59,632 nt of DNA from Ignavibacteriales bacterium (GCA_016182615.1 JACPGF010000149.1:1-59632); one strand, 5' to 3'; positions 18,100-28,733 are shown, counted from the stretch's first letter. The notes: generated by a model from the letters alone, not told the origin. Made by a program: numbers and translations.

Positions 18100-18183
18100 A
18101 TGTTTACTCCGGCCGCAAATATTACCGTTAACTCCGCCAATTATTGGTGGTGGCGTGCTGTATTTTTTCGCGTGTTCCGGTAA
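18100..18183 (+). CDS. trp operon leader peptide (27 aa, three consecutive Trp codons)
   Basis: ATG TTT ACT ... TAT TGG TGG TGG CGT ... TAA translates to MFTPAANITVNSANYWWWRAVFFRVFR. The TGG codons are at 18145-18153, about 95 nt upstream of trpE. Confidence 0.8.
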   Translation: MFTPAANITVNSANYWWWRAVFFRVFR

Positions 18184-18213
18184 GCTATAGTATATAATAT
18201 TTAAAGTATCATA

Positions 18214-18252
18214 CCCTGGCCGGAACAATAACGGTCAGGGTTTTTTGTTTTT
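18214..18252 (+). terminator. trp attenuator terminator, with competing antiterminator 18173-18180 / 18220-18227
   Basis: CCCTGGCCG (18214-18222) pairs with CGGTCAGGG (18232-18240), followed by TTTTTTGTTTTT. TGTTCCGG (18173-18180, at the end of the leader ORF) is the exact complement of CCGGAACA (18220-18227), which overlaps the terminator 5' arm. Confidence 0.75.
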
Positions 18253-18277
18253 AAACTAACACGGTAAAGTAGAAGAA

Positions 18278-19753
18278 ATGGATTTTGCCAAATTTTTAGC
18301 ATATACACGGGAATACAACCTTATTCCCGTGCACGAAACCATCGCAGCAGATTTGTTGACACCGGTCTCGGCCTACTTAAAGGTACGAAAGACCGATACT
18401 CCCGGCTTTCTGCTTGAATCGGTAGAGGGTACACTAAACCTTGCACGGTATTCATTTATTGGAGTTGAGCCCGAGAGGATTATCATGAACCGCGGCAGGG
18501 AAATTACCGAGATTACCCCGCAGGGTACAAGCACTATTGAAGGTGATGTTTTCGGGCACATAGAATCCATATTGCAGTCATACCACCAGCCAGCCATTGC
18601 CGAGCTGCCTAGTTTAAGCGGCGGCCTTGTCGGTTTTATCGGTTACGAGAATATGTCGCTTATCGAGCCTACCGTTCCCCGTAAATACAATTCCGGTTTC
18701 GCGTACGACTCCATTCTTGGCCTTTACAAAACATTGCTAGCATTCGACCATTACCGGCATCAGCTTATTATTATCGTTAATGTTTCCGTAACTGCGGATA
18801 CGAATCCCGAACAGGCATACTTGGATGCGAAAGCACAGATTAAAGCAATAAAAAAAGATTTGCGCCAGCAGCCTTTGCATATCAGGGATTTTACGGTCAC
18901 GGGTGATAAACAACCGTCATTCCCCATGGAAAAATTTTCATCGGATATTGCCGCGGCAAAACAACACATCCTCGAGGGTGATATATTTCAAATCGTGTTA
19001 AGCCGCCGCTTTTCAACAACATTCGATGGCGACCTGATACAAGTTTACCGCGCGCTCCGCATTATCAACCCATCTCCCTACATGTACTTTATGGAGTTTG
19101 CCAACGATACGGTGGTGATAGGAACCTCGCCTGAAAATTTATTAAAGGTACAGGGTGGTGTTGCAGAACTGCTGCCGATTGCCGGTACACGAAAACGGGG
19201 CAGCACGGAAGAGCATGACAAGCGGCTTGAGGCTGAGCTGCTCGCCGACCCCAAAGAACTGGCCGAGCACACCATGCTTGTTGATTTGGGAAGAAACGAC
19301 CTTGGCCGTGTATGCGGTTATGATTCGGTACACGTGGTTGAACAAATGCAGATTCACCGCTATTCGCATGTAATGCACATCGTTTCACGGGTTGAAGGGA
19401 AATTGAATGCAGAGAGCAGTGTCTATGATGCACTAAAAGCCTGCTTCCCCGCGGGCACTGTAACCGGCGCGCCAAAAATACGTGCCATGCAATTGATTGA
19501 TGCAATGGAAGATACCGAGCGCAACATCTATGCAGGCGCGGCTGGTTATTTTGACTTCAAGGGCAACATGGATATGTGCATTGCCATTAGAACATTTTTT
19601 GCAAAAGGCAAAACGCTGTACTGGCAGGCAGGCGCTGGCATTGTTGCAGACAGCAAGGCGGAATTGGAAGCATTGGAAATACGGAACAAAGCAGCAGTAC
19701 TGGTAAAAGCATTAGAATTCGCGGAGGTGATAGATGAAAATTCTGGTAATTGA
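18278..19753 (+). CDS. trpE: Anthranilate synthase component I
   Basis: 491 aa with TrpE motifs LLESVEG, INPSPYMYF, GTRKRG, GAPKIRAM and GYFDF. Confidence 0.95.
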   Translation: MDFAKFLAYTREYNLIPVHETIAADLLTPVSAYLKVRKTDTPGFLLESVEGTLNLARYSFIGVEPERIIMNRGREITEITPQGTSTIEGDVFGHIESILQSYHQPAIAELPSLSGGLVGFIGYENMSLIEPTVPRKYNSGFAYDSILGLYKTLLAFDHYRHQLIIIVNVSVTADTNPEQAYLDAKAQIKAIKKDLRQQPLHIRDFTVTGDKQPSFPMEKFSSDIAAAKQHILEGDIFQIVLSRRFSTTFDGDLIQVYRALRIINPSPYMYFMEFANDTVVIGTSPENLLKVQGGVAELLPIAGTRKRGSTEEHDKRLEAELLADPKELAEHTMLVDLGRNDLGRVCGYDSVHVVEQMQIHRYSHVMHIVSRVEGKLNAESSVYDALKACFPAGTVTGAPKIRAMQLIDAMEDTERNIYAGAAGYFDFKGNMDMCIAIRTFFAKGKTLYWQAGAGIVADSKAELEALEIRNKAAVLVKALEFAEVIDENSGN

Positions 19754-20300
19754 TAATTACGATTCGTTCACGTACAACCTTGTACAATTGATTGGTCACT
19801 ACGAAACGGACATAATTGTAAAACGCAATGATGCTGTCACGGCTGAAGAAATAACGGCAATGCATCCGGACAGGATACTGGTTTCACCCGGGCCGGGCAG
19901 GCCGGAGAATTCGAACATTTCCTTAACCGCTATCCGTGATTTCGGTAAAACCATTCCCGTGCTTGGTGTGTGCCTCGGCCATCAGGCAATAGGTCTTATC
20001 TTTGGCGGCAATGTTATCAAGGCTCCCGTGCTGATGCATGGTAAAACATCCTCCATTATCCACGATGGTAAAAGTATTTTCAGCGGCGTTCCGCAGGGGT
20101 TTACTGCCACACGGTATCATTCGCTCATTATCGAAAAGAGCAGCCTTCCCGCTGAACTTACCGTAACTGCAGAAACCGAAGATAGTATAATTATGGGTGT
20201 AAGGCACAAGCATTACCCCATTGAAGGAATGCAGTTTCATCCTGAATCGGTTTTGACAACCGAAGGCACTAACCTAATTAAAAACTGGTTATTACAATGA
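19734..20300 (+). CDS. trpG: Anthranilate synthase component II (glutamine amidotransferase)
   Basis: 188 aa starting ILVIDNYDSFTYNL, with catalytic GVCLGHQ and HPES. GGAGGTG Shine-Dalgarno upstream. Overlaps the trpE end by 20 nt. Confidence 0.9.
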   Translation: MKILVIDNYDSFTYNLVQLIGHYETDIIVKRNDAVTAEEITAMHPDRILVSPGPGRPENSNISLTAIRDFGKTIPVLGVCLGHQAIGLIFGGNVIKAPVLMHGKTSSIIHDGKSIFSGVPQGFTATRYHSLIIEKSSLPAELTVTAETEDSIIMGVRHKHYPIEGMQFHPESVLTTEGTNLIKNWLLQ

Positions 20301-21310
20301 AGCAGATACTCGAAAAAATCATAGAGAAAGAACATCTCAGCAGGCAGGAAGCCTATGAAACCATGATGCGCATCATGTCGGGTGCTATCAATAACGGGCA
20401 GTTGGCAGGATTTTTAACCGCACTAAAGTCCAAGGGCGAAACAGCTGAGGAGTTGGCAGGATTTGTAGAGGCAATGCGCGAGCATGCTATTCCGCTGCCG
20501 CATGACAGAAAAGACGCAATAGATGTATGTGGGACAGGCGGTGATGCAAGCGGCACGTTTAATATTTCAACTGCCGTGGCATTTGTTGTTGCCGGTGCAG
20601 GCGTGCCAATGGCAAAGCATGGCAACCGCTCCATCTCAAGCAAATGCGGCAGTTCGGATGTGTTGCAGCAGCTTGGTGTTGATATTGGCCTTTCAATAGC
20701 AACAGCATCAAAAGCGTTAAACGAAACGGGTATCGTATTTTTATTTGCTCCGCAGTATCATCCGGCAATGCGGCACGCGGGAGAAGTGCGCAAGCAGCTT
20801 GCAGTTAAAACTGTTTTTAATATGCTCGGCCCGCTGTGTAATCCGGCGGGAGTAAAAAGGCAGCTCATCGGGGTGTATAATATCACCGCGGCCCGCAGCA
20901 TGTGCGATGCCGCCGCGTATCTCAATTTCGAGCGGGTCAGTTTTGTTTGCACCGATGGAAAGTTTGATGAAGTTTTACTGCATGGCAGGGCGCATGTTTT
21001 CGATAGAAAAGGCAGCGGCACCGTGAACGGATATAGTTTATCCGCGAAGGATTTCGGTTTGGCGGAAGTGCCCCTTGCAGAATTGCAGGGCGGTGATGCA
21101 CTGGAGAACGCTGCAATTATAATGCGGATTTTACGTGACAAAGTAAAAGATGCCGCATTTAACACGGTAGTTGCCAATGCCGCCTTGGCTTTGCAAATAG
21201 CTGGTAAAGCCGAGACGCTGTTAGAATGCGTGGCAATCGCGGAAGAATCGGTACTCTCAGGAGCAGCCTATGGCAAGCTGGTTAAGTTACAGGAATTACG
21301 GAGTGTATAA
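20297..21310 (+). CDS. trpD: Anthranilate phosphoribosyltransferase
   Basis: 337 aa with DVCGTGGDASGTFNISTA and KHGNRSISSKCGSSDVL. ATGA overlap with trpG. Confidence 0.95.
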   Translation: MKQILEKIIEKEHLSRQEAYETMMRIMSGAINNGQLAGFLTALKSKGETAEELAGFVEAMREHAIPLPHDRKDAIDVCGTGGDASGTFNISTAVAFVVAGAGVPMAKHGNRSISSKCGSSDVLQQLGVDIGLSIATASKALNETGIVFLFAPQYHPAMRHAGEVRKQLAVKTVFNMLGPLCNPAGVKRQLIGVYNITAARSMCDAAAYLNFERVSFVCTDGKFDEVLLHGRAHVFDRKGSGTVNGYSLSAKDFGLAEVPLAELQGGDALENAAIIMRILRDKVKDAAFNTVVANAALALQIAGKAETLLECVAIAEESVLSGAAYGKLVKLQELRSV

Positions 21311-22098
21311 TGAGTATTCTACAAAAAATCATCGAAACAAAAAAAGATGAAGTGCACTCATTAAAAACCGGGATATATCCCTCCCTGTGGAAAAACAATC
21401 CCGCTCTTCAGGCACCGTGCAGAGGGTTCGGTGCTGCACTTGCCCGGAAGGAATTGTCAATCATCGCAGAAGTGAAAAAAGCCAGCCCCTCAAAGGGATT
21501 AATACGGATGGATTTTCATCCGGTAGAAATTGCAAAGGCGTATGAAAAAGGAGGAGCGGCATGTATCTCGGTGCTTACCGATAAAAACTATTTTCAAGGA
21601 GATATAAACCATCTTGCACAAATCAGGAAATCGGTGGCTTTGCCGCTGCTCCGCAAAGATTTTATTATTGACGATGTGCAGTTAACCGAAGCGAAAATGA
21701 ACGGCGCGGACGCGGTGCTTTTAATTGCAGAAGTGCTGAGCACGTCTCAAATAAAAGAGCTCACGCTCTATGCACAGGCGTTGCACATGGATGTCCTTTT
21801 GGAAACACACCATGCCAGTGAACTTGAAAAAATAGATTTTTCCGTTAATTCCATCATCGGTATCAACAACCGCGATTTGAATACTTTTATTACCGACATC
21901 AATACAACGCTAAATATAGCGAAGCTGTTGCCAAAGCACGTTATCGTGGTATCGGAAAGCGGAATAGAGAACAAGGAAACCGTGCAGCAGATTAACCGGG
22001 CAGGCATACATGCGGTTTTAGTCGGCGAGCATTTTATGCGCGTGCAGGATATTAGTGCAGCCCTTGCAGAGATGAAGGAATGGGCACATGAAAATTAA
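21310..22098 (+). CDS. trpC: Indole-3-glycerol phosphate synthase
   Basis: 262 aa with IIAEVKKASPSKG, LRKDFIID and GINNRDL. TAATG overlap with trpD. Confidence 0.9.
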   Translation: MSILQKIIETKKDEVHSLKTGIYPSLWKNNPALQAPCRGFGAALARKELSIIAEVKKASPSKGLIRMDFHPVEIAKAYEKGGAACISVLTDKNYFQGDINHLAQIRKSVALPLLRKDFIIDDVQLTEAKMNGADAVLLIAEVLSTSQIKELTLYAQALHMDVLLETHHASELEKIDFSVNSIIGINNRDLNTFITDINTTLNIAKLLPKHVIVVSESGIENKETVQQINRAGIHAVLVGEHFMRVQDISAALAEMKEWAHEN

Positions 22099-22696
22099 AG
22101 TTTGCGGCATAACCAATACTGCCGATGCACACGCGTGTGAGAGGAACGGAGCGGATGCACTCGGTTTTGTTTTCTATAACAAAAGCAAAAGATACATAGC
22201 ACCGGAAAATGCCGCGGAAATTTGCAAAGCACTTTCGGCTTTCACCACAACCGTAGGCGTTTTTGTTCATACCCCTGTTAATGAAGTTAACAGGATAATG
22301 AAGCAGGCGAAACTGCATGTCGCGCAAATTATTGCCGGTGACCTTACCCCGTATCACGAGCAATGCGAATATCCATTCTATCATTGTGTTCGCATTGATG
22401 ACGATTTTAATTTTGCATGTATAACAATAGATAACGGCAGAAACATTTTGCTTGATACCTATAGCAAAAGCGCTTACGGCGGCACAGGAACCAAATTTAA
22501 CTGGAGTAAAATACCCATGCAAATACGGCACGCGGTAATTCTTGCAGGCGGCATTGGTGAAGGTGACCTGAAAACTATTAAACAAACGATTAATCCCTAC
22601 GGCGTTGATGTTTCATCATCATTGGAAATATCTCCCGGCGTAAAAGACTTAGTAAAGATTGAACAATTTTTTAAAACAGTTAATGCAATAAGGTAA
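22088..22696 (+). CDS. trpF: Phosphoribosylanthranilate isomerase
   Basis: 202 aa with MKIKVCGIT...GADALGFVF and GGTG..F.W...LAGG. Confidence 0.85.
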   Translation: MKIKVCGITNTADAHACERNGADALGFVFYNKSKRYIAPENAAEICKALSAFTTTVGVFVHTPVNEVNRIMKQAKLHVAQIIAGDLTPYHEQCEYPFYHCVRIDDDFNFACITIDNGRNILLDTYSKSAYGGTGTKFNWSKIPMQIRHAVILAGGIGEGDLKTIKQTINPYGVDVSSSLEISPGVKDLVKIEQFFKTVNAIR

Positions 22697-22700
22697 CACG

Positions 22701-23723
22701 ATGTTAGTAATTTTAAAATTGGATGCAGCCCCGGAACATGTATCAAAAATTTGCGAAAAGATACAAAGCCGCGAATGTACCGCGCACGTTATACCGGGCG
22801 CTCAACGGGTTGCCATAGGTGTAACCGGCAACATGGCAAACGTTTCCCGCGATGATTTTCTGCGCATGGAATCTGTGGTGGATGTCGTCCGCGTCTCAAA
22901 AAAATATAAACTCGTCAGTAGGGAAATGAAACCGGATGATTCGGTTATTGATGTACAGGGTGAAAAAATCGGGGGCAGTGCATTGCAGATTATCGCCGGG
23001 CCGTGCTCTGTTGAAAGCAGGCAGCAGCTTCATGATATCGCGGGTCCGCTGCGGGAAATGGGTATAAAGTTTTTCCGTGCAGGTGCATACAAGCCGCGCA
23101 CCAGTCCTTATGCATTCCAAGGCATGAAAGAGAAGGGCCTTGAATTGCTTGATGAAATTAAAAAAGAGTATGGTATGCGCATTGTTACCGAATTGAAAGA
23201 CTCGGAAACCTTAGAGCAGGTACTTGCAACCGCGGACATACTGCAAATAGGCGCGCGTAACATGCAAAATTTTTCTCTGCTCGAAAAAATCGGGCAGACA
23301 TGTAAGCCAGTTTTCCTGAAGCGCGGGCTGGCAGCAAGCATTGAAGACCTGTTGATGAGCGCAGAGTATATTCTTTCGCAGGGTAATTACGAGGTTATCC
23401 TCTGCGAGCGCGGTATCCGCACCTTCGAAACCATGACCCGCAACACGCTTGACCTGAACGCGATTCCAGTTATCAGGGCAACATCGCACCTGCCCGTGTT
23501 TGTTGACCCCTCGCATGGTATTGGTATTTGGGATATGGTACCGCCGATGGCAATGGCTGGTGTGGCTTGCGGTGCAAACGGACTGATGATTGAAGTGCAC
23601 AACAAACCGGAAGAAGCATTGTCTGACGGGTTCCAATCGTTAACACTGAAGAACATGAAAGCCCTGTTGGAAAAACTGAAAGAACTTGCCCCCATCGTTG
23701 GCAAAACTTTGGAGTGCAAATGA
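22701..23723 (+). CDS. 3-deoxy-7-phosphoheptulonate (DAHP) synthase, type I-beta, with N-terminal regulatory domain
   Basis: 340 aa. Core [10 protein letters not shown]...[17 protein letters not shown]...GARNMQN...KRG...DPSH. An ~70-aa ferredoxin-like N-terminal extension resembles the Thermotoga-type enzyme. Confidence 0.85.
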   Translation: MLVILKLDAAPEHVSKICEKIQSRECTAHVIPGAQRVAIGVTGNMANVSRDDFLRMESVVDVVRVSKKYKLVSREMKPDDSVIDVQGEKIGGSALQIIAGPCSVESRQQLHDIAGPLREMGIKFFRAGAYKPRTSPYAFQGMKEKGLELLDEIKKEYGMRIVTELKDSETLEQVLATADILQIGARNMQNFSLLEKIGQTCKPVFLKRGLAASIEDLLMSAEYILSQGNYEVILCERGIRTFETMTRNTLDLNAIPVIRATSHLPVFVDPSHGIGIWDMVPPMAMAGVACGANGLMIEVHNKPEEALSDGFQSLTLKNMKALLEKLKELAPIVGKTLECK

Positions 23724-24925
23724 GCGGCACATTAAACTATTCTCTGCCCGATAGAGCGGGCCACTTTGGCATATACGGCGGCAAATATGTGCCTGAAACA
23801 TTAATTGCACCCTTGGCTGAGCTTGAGGCAGTGTATCAAAAAGCGGTACACGATGATATCTTTCAGAAAACACTTATGGATTTGCATAGCGAATACACGG
23901 GCCGCCCGACACCGCTTACCTACGCTGAGCGTTTAACGGAATATTACGGAACGGGAAGAATTTATCTAAAGCGTGAAGACCTTTGCCACACAGGTGCACA
24001 CAAAATCAATAACGCGCTTGGGCAGATACTGCTTGCAAAGCAACTTGGCAAAACGCGCATCATCGCGGAAACCGGAGCCGGGCAGCACGGAGTGGCAACG
24101 GCAACAGTTTGTGCAAAGTTCGGATTGCACTGTATTGTGTATATGGGCGAAACAGACATGCAAAGGCAAAGCCTGAATGTTTTCCGCATGAAACTGCTCG
24201 GGGCCGAAGTACGCCCTGTAACCTCGGGCAGCCGCACCCTTAAGGATGCAACCAACGAGGCAATACGGGATTGGGTTGGCAACGTGCACAACACGCATTA
24301 TATTATCGGCTCTGTTGTTGGCCCGCATCCGTACCCCATGATCGTGCGCGATTTTCAATCGATAATAGGCCGTGAGACAAAACAGCAGATTTTGCAAAGA
24401 GAGCAAAAACTTCCGAGCTATATTCTGGCATGCGTAGGGGGTGGCAGTAACGCGGCAGGGATTTTTTATCCATTCATTCAGGATACCGGTGTAAAGCTCA
24501 TTGGCATCGAGGCCGCCGGGCATGGCGTGCATACCGGCAAGCACAGTGCTACGCTTACCTTGGGCAGGCATGGCGTATTTCACGGTATGCTCACATATCT
24601 GCTGCAGGATGCGGATGGGCAAGTGCAGGAAGCCCATTCCATTTCCGCCGGGCTTGACTATCCCGGTGTTGGCCCCGAGCATAGTTACCTGAAAGACTCC
24701 GGCCGGGTTGCATACGCTTCAATCGATGACACGCAGGCACTCAAGGCGGTCAGCCTGATGAGTTTAAAAGAGGGTATATTACCCGCGCTTGAAACAGCTC
24801 ATGCAATAGCATACCTCGAGACACTCATGCCAATACTTAGCACTGCTGATATTGTAGTTGTTAACATTAGCGGCCGGGGCGATAAAGACCTGAACACCAT
24901 CATACAAAACATCTCAGTGGATTAA
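23720..24925 (+). CDS. trpB: Tryptophan synthase beta chain
   Basis: PLP-lysine motif HTGAHKINN, plus GAGQHG and GGGSNA. ATG at 23720 overlaps the upstream TGA (ATGA); the ORF track lists a GTG two codons earlier. Confidence 0.95.
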   Translation: MSGTLNYSLPDRAGHFGIYGGKYVPETLIAPLAELEAVYQKAVHDDIFQKTLMDLHSEYTGRPTPLTYAERLTEYYGTGRIYLKREDLCHTGAHKINNALGQILLAKQLGKTRIIAETGAGQHGVATATVCAKFGLHCIVYMGETDMQRQSLNVFRMKLLGAEVRPVTSGSRTLKDATNEAIRDWVGNVHNTHYIIGSVVGPHPYPMIVRDFQSIIGRETKQQILQREQKLPSYILACVGGGSNAAGIFYPFIQDTGVKLIGIEAAGHGVHTGKHSATLTLGRHGVFHGMLTYLLQDADGQVQEAHSISAGLDYPGVGPEHSYLKDSGRVAYASIDDTQALKAVSLMSLKEGILPALETAHAIAYLETLMPILSTADIVVVNISGRGDKDLNTIIQNISVD

Positions 24926-24927
24926 AC

Positions 24928-25713
24928 ATGCAAACGATACACACGCACATTGATACAATAAACAAATCAGGCAGTAAAGCGCTAGCTGTGTTTCTTACGG
25001 CAGGGTTTCCATCCGCTGATACTTACGTTGACACTGCCTGCAGCCTGCTTGATGCAGGTGCAGACATTTTAGAAATTGGCATACCGTTCAGCGACCCGCT
25101 TGCCGATGGCCCCATCATTCAGCAATCGTCACAGCTTGCTTTAGATAACGGCATTCGGTTAAAAGATGTATTTACTTACTGTGAGCAGATACGCGAAAGA
25201 ACCAGCAAAAAACTTGTTGCAATGGGATATGCCAACCCGATACTTTCATACGGTGTCGAAAAGTTCATGACAGATGCTGCCAGCGCGGGGTTTGACGGGC
25301 TTATCGTTCCCGATGTACCGTACGATGAGTATGAAAATTTTTACGGACAGATAAACAAATCACTCGAAACAATTCTACTGGTTACCCCGGTAACAACACC
25401 AGAGCGGATTGCTCTTGTGGATAAAAAAAGCAAGGGATTTCTCTACTATGTTAGCGTGGCAGGAATTACGGGTACACATTCATGGAGCGGAGATGTTATC
25501 GGCAGCCTGCAGCGTGTACGGGCAATGGGTCTGCAAAACAAGCTGATGGTAGGTTTTGGTGTTTCATCCGCCGGAGATATACACAAAATAAAAGGCCATT
25601 GCGATGGGGTTATCGTTGGCAGTGCCATCATCAAAAGGCTGCTTGATGAACCGCAGAATATCAAGCGGGTTGAAGAATTTGTAGCATCCCTTAAACAAGC
25701 ATGCGTGGGTTAA
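24928..25713 (+). CDS. trpA: Tryptophan synthase alpha chain
   Basis: 261 aa with LEIGIPFSDPLADGPIIQ and GFGVS. Starts 2 nt after trpB. Confidence 0.95.
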   Translation: MQTIHTHIDTINKSGSKALAVFLTAGFPSADTYVDTACSLLDAGADILEIGIPFSDPLADGPIIQQSSQLALDNGIRLKDVFTYCEQIRERTSKKLVAMGYANPILSYGVEKFMTDAASAGFDGLIVPDVPYDEYENFYGQINKSLETILLVTPVTTPERIALVDKKSKGFLYYVSVAGITGTHSWSGDVIGSLQRVRAMGLQNKLMVGFGVSSAGDIHKIKGHCDGVIVGSAIIKRLLDEPQNIKRVEEFVASLKQACVG

Positions 25714-26251
25714 AGCGTGGTTACGAATTAAAAAAATACGGGGCTTATAAGTTTAGTGCTTCTTTTAGCTATTGCTTTTCACTCTAGCGTTCAATTGATT
25801 TTGCGGGTTTGTTGTAAATGGTTAAAAAGCCTTCTATCGCATTTTCAACAGCCGGTCAAGCGCGTAACCTTATAATTGCTCCTGATTTCAACCATACTTC
25901 ATTACACACATCTTTTAAAAAGGTGTTAAAAGATCGTTTGTTTGTTTTTACAAATTTGCTACTGTTTGGCCTTTCCTTCAAGGCAGGCAAAATGACTAAT
26001 TTTCTGAGAGCAGTTGTTTTCAGGCATCTTTTTTATTCTGTGCAAAATTGAATAATGATTAGGCTTTAACCCGGGATAGAACACCAAAAAGTTGCAAACA
26101 GTTTGCGGCAAATTATTCGTTTGTTGTGTTATTAATGAATATTTTGGAATATGTAACACCTCTGCATAAGGAGTACGAAACCGATTGTATAAATAAGCTC
26201 AGAACTCAGTAACTTTATATTTGTTTTTATTCCTATTTTATTAACAAGTGC

Positions 26252-27124
26252 ATGAATCTTTTAACCCTTATAAAGAAACACCTCAAAGGTGTATTGTTTA
26301 TACTATTTTTATTATTGCTCGAAAATGTGGCATGGATAATTGAGCCGACTCTTTTTGGCAATGTTATCGATGCCTTTATTGCCAAAGCCGATAAAAACAA
26401 TCTTGAGGCGCAATTAGCCCACATATTCCCCCTGCTGGTTTGGGTTGGTGTTTACCTTATCAACTCCGGGTCGGGTACATTGCGCAGGCTGGCAGAACCA
26501 AGCGTCTTTCAACGGATGTATGTTGAAATTGTTAGTAAAGTTGCCGAGATGTGCAAATCCATTAACCTGAAGCCAAACCGTGCTGCCGCACGAGTGCAAA
26601 TGTCTGAAGAGTACGTTACGTTTATGCAATACCGGGTACCAGAAATTTTTGAACAAGTCATTTCTATTAGCGGTGCAATTATTGCTTTGTGCTTTTTTGA
26701 CTGGCGGATTGCAATGGCTTGTTTATTTATTGCCGGACCGATGTTCTTCCTCGGAAATCTGTACACAAAAAAGGTTGTCCCCATGCAGAGTGAATTACAT
26801 GATACTTTTGAGCACATGTACGACACCTTTGCAAGCCACAATCCTCAAAGAATTAAACGCACATTTGCCAGTATTGCAAACATTAATACAAGTATGGCAA
26901 AATGGGGGGCACTTAACTTCGGAGTTATCAGGCTAATTCTCCTTATCATTTTTATTCTGGTTTTATATATCGCCATCGATTTAAACGATTTTACGACAGG
27001 AAGTATTTATTCTATTGTTGCTTACCTGTGGACATTCGTTGCCTCTGTTGAGTATATCCCTGAGCTGTTGGAAAGCAACGCCTCGTTAACCGATCTGACC
27101 AGAAGGATTAATTCACCGGAGTAA
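26252..27124 (+). CDS. ABC-exporter-type transmembrane-domain protein without an ATPase domain
   Basis: 290 aa. The N-terminus and helix spacing resemble the ABC_membrane six-helix domain. No Walker motifs. Assignment is from pattern only. Confidence 0.45.
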   Translation: MNLLTLIKKHLKGVLFILFLLLLENVAWIIEPTLFGNVIDAFIAKADKNNLEAQLAHIFPLLVWVGVYLINSGSGTLRRLAEPSVFQRMYVEIVSKVAEMCKSINLKPNRAAARVQMSEEYVTFMQYRVPEIFEQVISISGAIIALCFFDWRIAMACLFIAGPMFFLGNLYTKKVVPMQSELHDTFEHMYDTFASHNPQRIKRTFASIANINTSMAKWGALNFGVIRLILLIIFILVLYIAIDLNDFTTGSIYSIVAYLWTFVASVEYIPELLESNASLTDLTRRINSPE

Positions 27125-27198
27125 TCACTACACACCATCCAACACCTTATATTGTTAATGCATTTAGGTGGTTGCTGCTCGCCGCTAAAAAGAATATT

Positions 27199-27912
27199 TT
27201 ATTTGGCTTCTTCGTGAGCTGGCGTTTGTTTTTTATCGGTAATTTCCTTCAGGACCTTTATCATTTCTTCTTTAATTTCCCCGGGTTTCATCGTAAGCAG
27301 ACTGTCAATTTCACGTTTAACGCTTGGTGCAGCATCTGTTTTTATTTCCTGTAAATGTTGCCTTACTAATGCGAATCTTTGTGCATTAAGGCAAAGTGAC
27401 CACTTTGCCGAAGCAGCGGCTAAATACAAGTCAGCATTTATTCTATCCCGCATATTGTCCAATTCAAAGGTTATGCGTTCAATGTATTCTTTTCCACCAC
27501 TGCCGAAAAATGCACCCCAGTAAAAGTCGTTCAAATTCGGGTCATGAGCATTTATGTTTAGAATATTATTATCTGATCTTGCTTCCGTAAATGCTTTAAC
27601 CAGTAACTCGTTACCGGCACACTCACTGTTGATAAAGGCTCTAAGGGCAACGGTATCTTCAACACTTTTAAAGGCTGCATAAAAAAAGCCCATAGGTCCC
27701 GGCTGATTAGCCGGATCCTTAAATGCCGCGATGTCTTTAAATTCCAGAGCCAAATCTTTTAATTCATCAAAATTAGGATCAACAAAATAGCTTTGCAGGC
27801 TCTTGCTGAACTGAAGCATGGCTAAACTCTCCTGCGCTTGTAATGCGGTGGAGATAATAAAGAAAACAACGATTAATAAAACATGTTTCATCTGCAACTC
27901 CGTGATTTTCAT
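27199..27912 (-). CDS. Secreted hypothetical protein
   Basis: Signal-peptide-like MKHVLLIVVFFIISTALQAQ; the real start is probably the internal ATG at 27891. I see no recognisable family. Confidence 0.4.
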   Translation of the reverse strand: MKITELQMKHVLLIVVFFIISTALQAQESLAMLQFSKSLQSYFVDPNFDELKDLALEFKDIAAFKDPANQPGPMGFFYAAFKSVEDTVALRAFINSECAGNELLVKAFTEARSDNNILNINAHDPNLNDFYWGAFFGSGGKEYIERITFELDNMRDRINADLYLAAASAKWSLCLNAQRFALVRQHLQEIKTDAAPSVKREIDSLLTMKPGEIKEEMIKVLKEITDKKQTPAHEEAK

Positions 27913-27984
27913 ACTATTTGATGTATGAATATACTAAACATTGAAAAAACTGAATAAACAACCTGGTTCATCTTTTAAAAATAT

Positions 27985-28659
27985 CTACCTTTTTTTATAT
28001 GGAATCGGATCTGCGATACCCGCCTGCTCAAAACCACGCAAACGGAAGGCGCAACTGTCGCATTCGCCGCAAGCCTCATCATCATTTTGATAACACGACC
28101 ATGTTGCCGCCAGAGGGGCGCTCAGTTCAACACCTTTCAGTACAATTTCAGATTTACTCATATTAATTACCGGGGTAATAATACTAATATGGGTATCCGG
28201 CTTGGTGCCAAGCCGGAGCATTTCCTGATACGCTTTGTAAAACTCCGGTCTGCAATCGGGATAACCGCTTGCATCCTCGTAAACAGCACCGATAAAAATT
28301 GCCGTCGCTCCTATCACCTCGGCCCAACTGACACATGCAGAAAGGATGTTTGCATTACGGAAAGGCACGTAGGACGTTGGTATTTCCTTATTCTGCAAGT
28401 CTGCTTTTGCAACATCCATGTGCAAATCAGTCAACGAAGACCCTCCGATAGCACTAAAATGCGAAAAGTCAATCTCAAGCCGGTGTTTCACTCCGTAGAA
28501 ATCGGCAATATCGTGAAACGCTTTGCGTTCCCGTTTTTGCGTGCGCTGCCCGTAATTAAAATGCGCGAAGGCCAATTCAAATTCCTGCGCGGCAATTGCT
28601 GCTGTTACGCAGCTATCCATACCGCCGGATACTGCTATTACTGCTATTGGTTTACTCAT
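27985..28659 (-). CDS. queC: 7-cyano-7-deazaguanine synthase
   Basis: 224 aa with PP-loop VSGGMDS and a C-terminal zinc cluster CYQ...CGECDSC. Confidence 0.9.
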   Translation of the reverse strand: MSKPIAVIAVSGGMDSCVTAAIAAQEFELAFAHFNYGQRTQKRERKAFHDIADFYGVKHRLEIDFSHFSAIGGSSLTDLHMDVAKADLQNKEIPTSYVPFRNANILSACVSWAEVIGATAIFIGAVYEDASGYPDCRPEFYKAYQEMLRLGTKPDTHISIITPVINMSKSEIVLKGVELSAPLAATWSCYQNDDEACGECDSCAFRLRGFEQAGIADPIPYKKR

Positions 28660-28733
28660 AGTTTATGTTGGATTTAAAATATAAATAGCAGAATTCACAA
28701 AAAACTGAACTCTGCTATGAAGAAAAATTACAA

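Noticed and set aside
22052-22585. 177-aa minus-strand ORF across trpF
   Set aside because: Antisense shadow of a tightly packed, translationally coupled operon.
23966-24682. 238-aa minus-strand ORF (and 23962-24294) inside trpB
   Set aside because: It lies fully antisense to a gene with unambiguous TrpB motifs. The product is Cys/Arg/His-rich and low-complexity, typical of a shadow ORF.
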